Positions 1 through 10,103 are shown, counted from the first letter of the stretch. The stretch: 44,894 nucleotides of DNA from Octopus bimaculoides (GCF_001194135.2 NC_068992.1:51358226-51403119), one strand, 5' to 3'. Program-made: numbers and translations. The notes: a model not told the origin generated them from the letters alone.

Positions 1-162
1 ATTTCAACAAAACGGAAAAATAACGTTAGTCAAATTAAATTAAGATTAATTAGCTACTTCTGAAATAAGAAATATAATATAGATAATATTTTTTGTTTTC
101 AAAACACTCCAAAAATATAATAGTGCAAACAGATGCTTTGAATAAAAAAAAAATTCAAAATT

Positions 163-470
163 ACCGCCAGTTTATTCCGACATTTCACTTGGCTAATTCA
201 GGAATTATGGGATTGCTCTTTGTTCGGGTCAGAAAGTGGAACGAGGTTAGCAACAAAGAGACAGAGAAGGGGTGTCACGTTGTCTTCTCAAAGCAGAAGT
301 ACGAGTCAGTGAGAGAGGGGGAAGGGGAGGCAGAATATTTTGAAAACACCTTGGCGGAGTTTCTTTGAAACAAAAGTAACTATTTTATCTAATTTTCCTA
401 TGATATGGATAAAAAACGACAGAATATGCATCGCATACCTTCCATTCCTGAAAGTGCACGCCCCTGATAG
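163..470. promoter_or_regulatory. CpG-retaining, more GC-rich unique segment; possible promoter or first exon
   Basis: About 10 CpGs in ~310 bp versus about 5 per kb in unique DNA such as 12,000-13,000; purine tract GAGAGAGGGGGAAGGGGAGG; no repeat homology recognised. Confidence 0.25.
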
Positions 471-1018
471 ATATTTTAGACATAATTTTAAAGTAATGAA
501 AACAACAGAGTAAGCCAATTTAATTCCCTTAATTAAATATACTTTAGCTAACATGATAAAAGAAACCCTATTTAACCCCTGTAATCCTTCTTACATATAC
601 ATGTTCCAACCTTGAAAATTTATTTCTCCTTAACTGATACAGATAGTGCTTAAATATGTGAGTACACCATGATATGACCTTGCAATTAAGTTTCGTGTAA
701 ATTAAATTATCAGAGATAAATCAATGTAAATTGTCTTTCACTTCCAACTTGTTCTGGAAATAATCTATTAATCTTTTTGGCATAGGTTTTAATTTAAAAA
801 TGTAATCTATTTTAAATGTTCATGAACTTCTGTGTGGAATCTCCCCAATGACAAATTTTTAAACAATTCAAGAAAGAAGAACTCTATAAATCTAACATTG
901 ATATATTAGTTGCAATGAATGCTGTATATTACTTTTATCACTATATGTTTACACACAGATACACAGACACACACAAACATATATGTAAGTATGTATGTAG
1001 GTATATATATATATATAT

Positions 1019-1925
1019 NNNNNNNNNNNNNNNNNNNNNNNNNNNNNNNNNNNNNNNNNNNNNNNNNNNNNNNNNNNNNNNNNNNNNNNNNNNNNNNNNN
1101 NNNNNNNNNNNNNNNNNNNNNNNNNNNNNNNNNNNNNNNNNNNNNNNNNNNNNNNNNNNNNNNNNNNNNNNNNNNNNNNNNNNNNNNNNNNNNNNNNNNN
1201 NNNNNNNNNNNNNNNNNNNNNNNNNNNNNNNNNNNNNNNNNNNNNNNNNNNNNNNNNNNNNNNNNNNNNNNNNNNNNNNNNNNNNNNNNNNNNNNNNNNN
1301 NNNNNNNNNNNNNNNNNNNNNNNNNNNNNNNNNNNNNNNNNNNNNNNNNNNNNNNNNNNNNNNNNNNNNNNNNNNNNNNNNNNNNNNNNNNNNNNNNNNN
1401 NNNNNNNNNNNNNNNNNNNNNNNNNNNNNNNNNNNNNNNNNNNNNNNNNNNNNNNNNNNNNNNNNNNNNNNNNNNNNNNNNNNNNNNNNNNNNNNNNNNN
1501 NNNNNNNNNNNNNNNNNNNNNNNNNNNNNNNNNNNNNNNNNNNNNNNNNNNNNNNNNNNNNNNNNNNNNNNNNNNNNNNNNNNNNNNNNNNNNNNNNNNN
1601 NNNNNNNNNNNNNNNNNNNNNNNNNNNNNNNNNNNNNNNNNNNNNNNNNNNNNNNNNNNNNNNNNNNNNNNNNNNNNNNNNNNNNNNNNNNNNNNNNNNN
1701 NNNNNNNNNNNNNNNNNNNNNNNNNNNNNNNNNNNNNNNNNNNNNNNNNNNNNNNNNNNNNNNNNNNNNNNNNNNNNNNNNNNNNNNNNNNNNNNNNNNN
1801 NNNNNNNNNNNNNNNNNNNNNNNNNNNNNNNNNNNNNNNNNNNNNNNNNNNNNNNNNNNNNNNNNNNNNNNNNNNNNNNNNNNNNNNNNNNNNNNNNNNN
1901 NNNNNNNNNNNNNNNNNNNNNNNNN
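1019..1925. other. Assembly gap
   Basis: N run next to (AT)n. Confidence 1.
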
Positions 1926-2657
1926 NTACTTACAAATTGTAAGTGATAAAATTTTTAATCTTCAGATAAAAAAGTTAACAAAATAAATGGAAGATTATTA
2001 TGTGCAGACCTTTCTGAAGTTCCAAGTGTTATGCATACAAAATTCCCTGCAACTGTCATAGTTTTAGGGGTTGTTAGCAATGAAGGACATGTGATGCCTC
2101 CTTACTTCTTTCCACAAGGCCTTATAATTATCACTGCCACCTACATTGAAGTCCTGGAAATAATTGTTAAGTCCTGGATAGACAGTGTATGCAATGGAAG
2201 GCCATATGTATTTCAGTAAGACTCTGCACTTTCACACATGGCTCTAGTAACACAGGAATGGATGGCTGAAAATTTTCGTCATTACACAACTCCTAACATT
2301 TGACCTCCTAATTCTCCAAATCTAAATCCATTGGACTATTACATGTGGAGCATTGTTGAGAGAAAGGTCAATGAACAAGCCCATAACAACAAAGATTCTT
2401 TGAAAACTGCCATAGTCAGTGTAATGTCTAAAATGAACCACGACCACTTGATTCGAGCATGTAGACGATTTAGATCTCATATAGAAGCAGTATAGAAGTT
2501 TATAGAAGCTGAAGGTGACTTTATTGAATAACATTATAGAAAAGAAGGTTTATTTTTACCCTCATAGCATTTTTTGCTAAATAAATTTATCTGTTATTAT
2601 ATATCTGTTTTTTTTTCGAAACATAAACCTCTCCTCAAATATATTATGTACCCTGTA
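1926..2657 (+). mobile_element. Tc1/mariner DD37D (maT) transposon, decayed 3' part with right end
   Basis: One frame with in-frame stops reads MHTKFPATVIVLGVVSNEG...PYVFQ*DSALSH...I*PPNSPNLNPLDYYMWSIVE...EGDFIE* (ends 2531); 37 residues between the D of Q*DS and the D of PLDY; terminus ...TGTACCCTG|TA. Confidence 0.9.
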
Positions 2658-2738
2658 TATAATCAGTCAGCAGTTTAAATATTCAAAAAGAAGCATACTT
2701 TTAAACATTAGAGCAGAAACACTTTAGAAGGTTGCTTG

Positions 2739-2842
2739 TTATGGCTGGCCAGATTTATTGGCCAGATGAATCTCATGAGTCACCAATACAGCTAAGTGTT
2801 TTATAGGTGCAAAACTAATGATCACTCACTGACCAGCCATAA
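2739..2842. mobile_element. Small TIR-bounded element (MITE-like)
   Basis: TTATGGCTGGCCAG (2739-2752) and CTGACCAGCCATAA (2829-2842) are inverted with one mismatch. Confidence 0.35.
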
Positions 2843-2949
2843 AAAACAACGATTTAAATATATATATATGCATGTATATACACATTATATACATATGTAT
2901 GTATTTGTACATAGATGTACAAACATACACACACACATATAAATAATCA

Positions 2950-3135
2950 GGCATGGCTGTATGCTGAAGAAATCTGTTTTTCTTAGCACATGGTTTCATG
3001 TTCAGTTTCACTGTGTAGCACCTTGGGCAACTGTATTCAGTTATCTGAATGGAATTGGTTGATGAAAACTGCAAGGAACATATTGTATATAAATGTGTGT
3101 TTGTGAGCATGTATGTGCATGCACACGTGTGAACA
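2950..3135 (+). mobile_element. SINE family A, degraded 5' half
   Basis: Aligns by eye to the head and core of 13,592 and 43,632 (GGCTGT...CACCTTGGGCAA). Confidence 0.65.
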
Positions 3136-3137
3136 TG

Positions 3138-3179
<42 letters not shown>

Positions 3180-3194
3180 TATGTAAAGATGGGA

Positions 3195-3430
3195 GGTGTT
3201 GGGCTTTCTTGCCTTGACAGCTTGTAATAATACTGTAAGTAAATGTTACTGTCGCATGTACAACGTCCATGAAAAACATGTTCAGCTGTGGGAAAATATT
3301 AGCTTATTTGGAAACAGATAAGGGTTGGCAACAGAAAAGGCATCTGGCCAGAGAAAATTTGCCTCATCAAATCACATCTTGCCTGCACTAGCATGGAAAA
3401 GCATATGCTAAACTAATAACAATGATGATG
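3195..3430 (+). mobile_element. Family E repeat with RTE-type 3' end and (GAT)n tail
   Basis: GGTTGGCAACAGAAAAGGCATC...GCATGGAAAAG...(GAT)n; homologous to 10,540 and 23,520. Confidence 0.7.
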
Positions 3431-3464
3431 ATGGTGGTGGTGGTGGTGGTGGTGATGATGGTGA

Positions 3465-3496
<32 letters not shown>

Positions 3497-3540
3497 ATGG
3501 TGATGATGATGATGATGATGATGATGTTGTTGAAGATGAT
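3421..3540. repeat. Compound (GAT)n/(GGT)n microsatellite
   Basis: Direct reading. Confidence 0.95.
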
Positions 3541-3744
3541 ATACAAAAGGAAATTAACATTTTCTTGTTGCAAGAAAATAATTGAATTTCAAAAACAAAT
3601 GACATAAATAGATTTTATATATATACATATGTTTGCCATTTTATCAGACAAACACATTCTATTCTCATACACATATGATATGATATAAACATGGCATAAT
3701 ATAAACAAGTCAATACCATTTAAATTTCAGGTGTGAAGATATTT

Positions 3745-3925
3745 CTGCTGTTACTGTTTAGCCCAGGAACAACCATGAGAGAGCAGACCTATATCGAGAT
3801 ACATTCTTGCCATGATCAATCTCTCTACATTTTCTGATATGCCCTTTTTTTTAAATTTATGTTTGTCGGGTGTAATTTGAGAGAGATTTTGCTGCTATTT
3901 TTATCATGCCAACCAACCACCTTAT
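3745..3925. repeat. Family F interspersed repeat (unclassified)
   Basis: Motif GAGAGAGATTTTGCTGCTATTT shared with 14,030-14,215 and, inverted, with 21,690-21,785. Confidence 0.4.
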
Positions 3926-4178
3926 GGCACCTTCATTGGCATAGAGCAGATTAATGGTGTGAAAGCTTGCAACAACTGATTCTGTTTATAGCAGCTAAAG
4001 CTTGGTTTTGATGTTAAAACAGGTAACAGGTTGGTCTACCAATCAAGGTGTGTTAATTGTTTATCACTGATGTTGGTGGGCCTCAACCATTTTTTGTCTA
4101 TGGACCCCTTGAATCTTATTCTACTCTACTGGACCTTATTAGCTATATAAAGACTGAAGAATCTGACTGTCTGGTGCA

Positions 4179-4362
4179 GGAGTGGCTGTGTGGTAAGAAG
4201 CTTGCTTACCAACCACATGGTTCTGGGTTCAGTCCTACTTCACGGTACCTTGGGCAAGTGTCTTCTACTATAGCCTCAGGTGAACCAAAGACTTGTGAGT
4301 GGATTTGGTAGATGGAAACTGAAAGAAGCCCGTCGTATATATATATGTATATATGTGTGTGT
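4179..4362 (+). mobile_element. SINE family A, 5' half
   Basis: tRNA-like head TGGCTGTGTGG...GGTTCAGTCC, CORE-like CCTTGGGCAAG, ends in an AT/GT microsatellite. Confidence 0.9.
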
Positions 4363-5540
4363 ATTTTATGGTTAAAATTTATGTGCAATAAATTGCTTAC
4401 ACTTCTACAATGCACAAAATATTTTAAACAATTTGCCAATGAAACCGGGAAACCAGCCCCTATGAGCCAGGAATGGCTCAAGAAGGAACAAACAAACAAA
4501 AAAAACTTGTTTTCGCACTGAAGGTGTCAAAAACCAAAATTAATACATCAATGGTGTAAGTGAAAGGTATTTGTGATAGCTTAACGAATGTGCTTATATT
4601 CTACAATGTAATAATGAAACAATGTCTGATAGTAAAATCTTAGAGCAGGTTTCACTTTGACAAAAGGAAAATACTCCTGTATTAGATGAAGGTAACCTAT
4701 GTAGAATCATGAAAGAAAGTATCTTCTTTAAAAAGAATTTGAGGAAACAAGTGAAGAAAGAAACTGGCATATAACAAAGAGGCAGCAAAAAATAGGAGGC
4801 CATCCATTTGTGGCTTGATCTGTAATATCATGTCTGGCTGGCACTGGAATTAACAACAACAGGACTGTGGTTGGGGAACTACTGATAGAAACTGAAAATG
4901 CTTTGTAGAACAGAGGAATGTGAATAAAAATTACCTTAACTAAGAGGAAAGAGCAAATGATTTTCAGCCAGTGATAAAATAAAATCAATGTAACATGGTT
5001 TGGTATGGTGACTTCATTGATGACATAAAAGATATAAAACAAAACAGAATGCTTTGATGTGGGCTAAATATACTTTGATATGCTTGGCAGCAATGGAGGT
5101 GATCTATATATGTGCACCATTGTTGTCACCTTTGTTCAACAGTATAAAGATACATACTCAGACACACACACACATGTGCATACACACACAATACTCATGC
5201 GCATACACACACACATACACATACACACACACACACTCATACACATCTTAGTCTCGTAACAAACGCGTTCGATAAACATGAAATGAATTCATGTTTAGAA
5301 CTATAATATAATGATGGCTAAAATAAAAGGGTACTAGGTAACTTAAGGCCCACCATTACTCAATGTTGATTCTGTATCTGAATATGTATGTGTAGGCTTC
5401 TATATTTCCTAATGGTGTATATCTGGGAGATATATCTGGTGTATAATGGTGTATATAGACAATAAGCACTAAACTATTTCATTGAACTTGGAAGAAGGAA
5501 TGTCATCTTTGACCTTGACAAGATTTTTTATATAGCATAT

Positions 5541-6597
5541 TGTCTCAAATTTTGACACAAGTCCAGCAGTTTGATGGGGTGGGGATTGGTCAATCAACTG
5601 ATACTTATTTTATCAACCATGAAAGAATAAAAGACACAATCGACCTCAGCAGAATTTGAACTCAGAACATATAGATAGATGAAATGCTGCTAGGCATTTC
5701 ACCCAGCATACTATAACGATTCACACAGTAATAATAACAACTGTCTCTAATTTTGGCAAAAGAACAGCTATTTTGATAGGGGTTGTTTACTCAATACTAT
5801 CCAATGCAAATACTTGGCTGGTACCTTGTTTTATTAACCAGGAGGGCTGAAAGGGAAAGTCGACCTTGGTGAAGTTTGAACTCAGACTGTAAGGAGTCAT
5901 AAAAAATACCACAAAACATCTTTTCTGACACCCTAACAGTTCTGCTTGCTCATCACATTAATAATCCTTTCTACTGAAGGCAAAAAGCCTGAAATTTCGT
6001 GGGAGGGGACTAGTCGATTACATCGACCCCAGTGCTCAACTAGTACTTAATTCATTGACCCTGAAAAGATGAAAGGCAAAGTCGACCCCAGTGGAATGCT
6101 CACCACATTAACAATCCTTTCTACAGGAGGTACGAGACCTCAAAATTTGTGGGGAGGGGACTAGTCAATTACATCAATGCCAGTGTTTCACTGGTACTTA
6201 ATTTATCAATGCCAAAAGGATGAAAGGCAAAGTCGACCTTGGTGGAATTTGAACTCAGAATGTAGTGACAGGTGAAATATCGCTCAGCAATTCCTCCAGC
6301 ACACTAACAATTCTGCCAGCTCGCCGTCTTTCACCAAGTTAATAATAACAAACATTTTACCAACCTTACACACTAATAACAATTGTCTCAAATTTTGACA
6401 CAAGGCCAGCAATTTCAGTAGCAAGGGTAAGATCAATTACAACAACCTCAGTGCTGAACTGGTATTTATTTTATTGACCCCCATGAGAACGAGAGGCAAA
6501 TTCAATCATCGTAGAATTTGAACTCAGAATGTGCAGACAGATGAAATGCCACTGAGCATTTTGCCCAGCATGCTAATGATTTTACCAGATCACTGCC

Positions 6598-6598
<1 letters not shown>
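5541..6598 (-). mobile_element. Cluster of five head-to-tail SINE family B copies (~5541-5727, 5742-5950, 5964-6105, 6112-6330, 6382-6598)
   Basis: Shared GAATTTGAACTCAGAA (B box on minus strand) and GAAAGGCAAAGTCGAC blocks recur; the 5964-6105 copy lacks the head. Confidence 0.9.
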
Positions 6599-6658
<60 letters not shown>

Positions 6659-6660
6659 CA

Positions 6661-6846
6661 AAACACCAGGACTTACAAATATATATAACATACAGAAAAT
6701 TGCACTACTGGGGACTGCACACATCCTACGCAAAACACTTTCAATACAGTAACCATAAGAACACCACAGCAAACCACAGCACATACCCAAGGCACACAGA
6801 GTTGCGCTCCGTAGTGAAGTGAAAGCACGTTATAAAAATAAAACTA

Positions 6847-6850
<4 letters not shown>
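6661..6850 (+). mobile_element. 5'-truncated R4/Dong-clade LINE 3' end inside an (AAT)n tract
   Basis: TPGLTNIYNIQKIALLGTAHILRKTLSIQ* (stop at 6752) resembles the R4/Dong C-terminal IQKxxLLGTAxILRK motif; (AAT)n on both sides. Confidence 0.7.
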
Positions 6851-6887
<37 letters not shown>

Positions 6888-6888
<1 letters not shown>

Positions 6889-6970
6889 CCTTTCTACCAG
6901 AGGCACAGGGCTTGAAATTTGGGTAAGCATTTTGCTGGGCATGCTAACCATTGTGCCGGCTCATCACCTT
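6888..6970 (-). mobile_element. SINE family B, internally deleted
   Basis: Tail AATCCTTTCTAC...GAAATTT joined directly to head GCATTTTGCTGGGCATGCTAAC. Confidence 0.7.
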
Positions 6971-7582
6971 AGTAATAGTAATAATAACAATAATAATAAT
7001 GATAATAATAACAATAACAGGATAATGACACTCATAGTTGTAATAGTAGTATTGCTTGTAAGATGTATTTGGTCTTAACTGTATATTCTATGTTGTAAAT
7101 TTTATCAACTAAAATGTTAGTTATAATGTTTATTGAAGAGGTTTTAATCAGAAAAGAAGCCTGACAATATAACAGATAAGTATAAGGAGACTGCTGTTTT
7201 CTTGATATTTGTTCAGTGAGTTGTAATTTCATTTTGTACAAAGTTACTGTTTGAAATGTCTTAGTTAATACAACTAATGTGTTTAATAAGTTTTATATAT
7301 ATTTATAAATGATTAAATAAATATTGCCTAAACAACTAGGAAAGGAAAATATAAGCAACAGACTTATAATTAAAAGTTACAAAATATATTACTTTGGCCA
7401 TCTTTTTATGTTCAAATTTATCTTATTAGTGATTTGTAAGAATTTAGACAATGATGTTGACAATTATTCAGATTGTGGAATTTTATTTGAGCTAGTGTAA
7501 AGCAAAGATCCCCAACTGCCAGGCTGCAGACCAGTACTGCGTTGTGGATTATTTTGTACCAAGTCACACAGAAAGAATAAAT

Positions 7583-7978
7583 ACTCGCTTTTACTCTTTT
7601 ACTCTTTTACTTGTCTCAGTCATTCTTGATTGCGGCCATGTTGGAACACCCCCTTTAGTCGAGAAAATCGACCCCAGGACTTATTCTTTGTAAGCCTAGT
7701 ACTTATTCTATTGGTCTCTTTTTGCTGAAACACTAATTTACGGGAATGTAAACGCACCACCATCGGTTATCAAGCGATAGTGGGGGGACAAACACAGACA
7801 CACAAACATACATATATATATACATATATACGATGGGCTTTCAGTTTCCGTCTACAAATCCACTCACAAGGCTTTGGTCGGCCCGAGGCTATAGTAGAAG
7901 ACACTTGCCCAAGGTGCCACACAGTGGGACTGAACCCGGAACCATGTCGTTGGTAAGCAAGCTACTTACCACACAGCC
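7583..7978 (-). mobile_element. SINE family A, full length
   Basis: Head, core, central microsatellite and (AAAAGAGT)-type tail; 7-bp direct repeat AATAAAT at 7576-7582 and 7979-7985. Confidence 0.92.
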
Positions 7979-8084
7979 AATAAATGTTTAAATTTTATTT
8001 CTATTTTATTTACTACCACAGTCTGCCAGATATTTTTGCATTATATATGTTTTATATATACATACGTAAAATCTACATATTAAC

Positions 8085-8405
8085 TGGTACTCTGTTGGTT
8101 ATGGTGATGAGGGTTCCAGTTGATTCAATCAACAGGACAGCCTGCTCATGAAATGAACATGCAAGTAGCTGAGTACTCCACAGATATGTGTGCTCTTAAC
8201 ATAGATCTCATGGTGATTTAGCATGACACAGAATATGACAAGGTTGGCCCTTTGAAACACAGGTACAGCTCATTTTTTCCAGCTGAGTGAACTGGAGCAA
8301 TGCGAAATAAAGTCTCTTGCTCAAGAACACAATGTGTTGCCAGGAATTGAACTCATTACCTTACAATCATGAGCTGAATATGCTAACCAGTAAGCCATGT
8401 GCCAT
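8085..8405 (-). mobile_element. SINE family C, full length
   Basis: tRNA-like head, core TTGAGCAAGA...CTCCAGTTCACTCAGCTG; same tail type as 11,465. Confidence 0.85.
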
Positions 8406-8521
8406 CACATATAAACATTATATATGTAATAAGACTGTGTAACAATTTTTTTCCTTGGGCAGCAACTGTTATTTTCTATTTGTTTACCCCTACAACATAT
8501 GAACAATGGCTAATGTTTCTT

Positions 8522-8756
8522 CTTCCTTTATTGCCCACAAGGGGTTAAACATAGAGGGGACAAACAAGGACAGACAAGGGGATTAAGTCGATTACATCAA
8601 CCCTAGTGTGTAACTGGTACTTAATTTATCGACCCCGAAAGGATGAAAGGCAAAGTCGACCTTGGCAGAATTTGAACTCAGAACGTAAAGACAGACAAAA
8701 TACCGCTAAGTATTTCAACCGGTGTGCAAACGTTTCTGCCATTTTGCTGCCATACA
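8522..8756 (-). mobile_element. SINE family B variant with 20-bp target-site duplication
   Basis: AACAATGGCTAATGTTTCTT at 8502-8521 and 8757-8776; B head and core with a different tail. Confidence 0.92.
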
Positions 8757-8789
8757 AACAATGGCTAATGTTTCTTTGAAACTTTGCTT

Positions 8790-8985
8790 TTGTTATATTT
8801 ATTCAAAACCCTAAGAATCCTTTTCAGCCCATGGCTATGATGCTCTTTAACAATTCCTGCCCATGATCAGAAGGTGCACGTTTTGTCAACCACTAAGGGA
8901 CGTGCTCAAGTGGTTAACGTCAAGCAACTAACTAACAAATCTGTGTTATTGAGCAGAATATTTGTTGTAATGATATTTTTGCTTC
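8790..8985. repeat. Family D interspersed repeat fragment
   Basis: CATGGCTATGATGCTC...AAGGGAC(G/A)TGCTCAA...AGCAGAATATTTG shared with 41,960-42,120. Confidence 0.75.
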
Positions 8986-9202
8986 AGCAACTCAGTGCTT
9001 GAGTCAGTCTCAAATGTAATGGAAAATAGGTCAGTTTTAAAACATTGATGTCCAGGTCACAAAAGCAAAGCTTGAAGGGAATAGTAGTCATTTCCTTTGG
9101 TTTCTAAATAGAAGCAAATTGGAAATAACACTTACTGACCAAAATCAAAAGGAAAGGAAGATAAAAATTTACTGACACAATGTAATTGAATTATATATTA
9201 TT

Positions 9203-9501
9203 CCAGTTCTATATTTAAGAGATGAGGAATTATTTACATTATTTACATTTGACGGATATTCGTCCTCATCTTGTTTGTTGTTAACACAACGTTTCGGCTG
9301 ATATACCCTCCAGCCTTCGTCAGGTGTCTTGGGGAAATTTCGAACCTGGGTTCTCATTCCTATCGATGTTACTATTATTATTATTATTATTATTATATTA
9401 TTATTATTATTACTATTATTAATCAGGTCGCTGCCGTGAATCGAACTCGGAACCTTGGGGTTAGTAGCCCGCGCTCTTAACCACTACGCCATATGCCCGT
9501 G
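9203..9501 (-). mobile_element. tRNA-headed element with Penelope-like terminal region and hammerhead motif
   Basis: Minus strand: TGGCGTAGTGG (A box)...GAGTTCGATTC (B box), (AAT)n, then CCTGACGAAGGCTG...CAGCCGAAACGTTGTGTT; 3' part homologous to 24,835-25,030 and 40,142-40,270. Confidence 0.75.
9283..9330 (-). ncRNA. Minimal type I hammerhead ribozyme motif
   Basis: GACAC-CUGACGA-A-GGCUG(loop)CAGCC-GAAAC-GUU-GUGUU; stem I GACAC/GUGUU, stem II 5 bp, stem III reduced to the palindrome ACGU. Confidence 0.65.
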
Positions 9502-9546
9502 GGCAGCGACCTGATTAATAATAGTAATAATAATAATAATAATATG

Positions 9547-9591
<45 letters not shown>

Positions 9592-9735
9592 GTAACATCG
9601 ATAGGAATGAGAACCCAGGTTCAAAATTTCCCCAAGACACCTGACGAAGGTTGGAGGGTATATCAGCCGAAACGTTGTGTTAACAACAAACAAGATGAGG
9701 ACGAATATCTGTCAAATGTAAATAATGTAAATAAT
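9502..9735 (+). mobile_element. Inverted duplicate of the 3' part of the 9203-9501 element
   Basis: Reverse complement of 9229-9435 with 3 substitutions in ~145 non-microsatellite bp. Confidence 0.95.
9634..9681 (+). ncRNA. Minimal type I hammerhead ribozyme motif, second copy
   Basis: Same core; stem II GGUUG/CAGCC (U.G wobble keeps pairing). Confidence 0.6.
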
Positions 9736-9950
9736 GTTATATATTATTGTTTTGTTATGCATGTGATCCCTCAGTTTGTGGAAAAAATGTCTTGCATGAA
9801 ACCTGTTCATGGTGTGTAAAACAGTTGGGAATTGATTAACAGAATTTAATGCATCAATCCATTAAAGGACCAAATATTTTGAACTATGAAATGTTATACT
9901 AGATCCTGGGTAGTGGGTTTATAGAACTGTTGCAACATTGAAAAAGCTAC

Positions 9951-10103
9951 CTTGTGATAGCTGTTCTGGTTCTTTGCATTCCGACGACAATGCTTGCGAT
10001 GATATTGATGCCAAACTATATTGGCTCAAGTCAACAGTATTTCTCTTGGATAAACACTGGTATTGTGAAGAAGGGAAACTTGCACACATGGGTAACTGTC
10101 GGT
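9951..10103 (-). CDS. Candidate internal coding exon (153 nt, phase 1-1), unknown Ser-rich protein
   Basis: cattttctttttatAG acceptor, open frame RQLPMCASFPSSQYQCLSKRNTVDLSQYSLASISSQALSSECKEPEQLSQ, AAG|GTagct donor; no family recognised. Confidence 0.3.

Larger units (their letters stand above)
7503..9834 (+). mobile_element. hAT/Charlie-like non-autonomous element split by later insertions
   Basis: Left end CAAAGATCCCCAAC...GACCAGTAC; right end GTGGAAAAAATGTCTTGCATGAAACCTG...GTTGGG; both resemble Charlie/MER1-type termini; 8-bp TSD not recognisable. Confidence 0.5.

Noticed and set aside
4600-5040. Purine-rich segment with weak LINE-like or gypsy-like peptide words (TKRQQKIGGH; TNGWP)
   Set aside because: Motifs too short and on opposite strands; needs a profile search
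5541-6970. CRISPR-like regular repeats
   Set aside because: Eukaryotic context; units are ~200-bp SINEs, with no short repeat-spacer array or cas genes
9436-9501. tRNA gene with apparent ACT anticodon; likewise other tRNA-like heads
   Set aside because: No complete acceptor stem, no Ser-type long variable arm, and each runs into SINE core sequence; these are SINE heads, not tRNA genes
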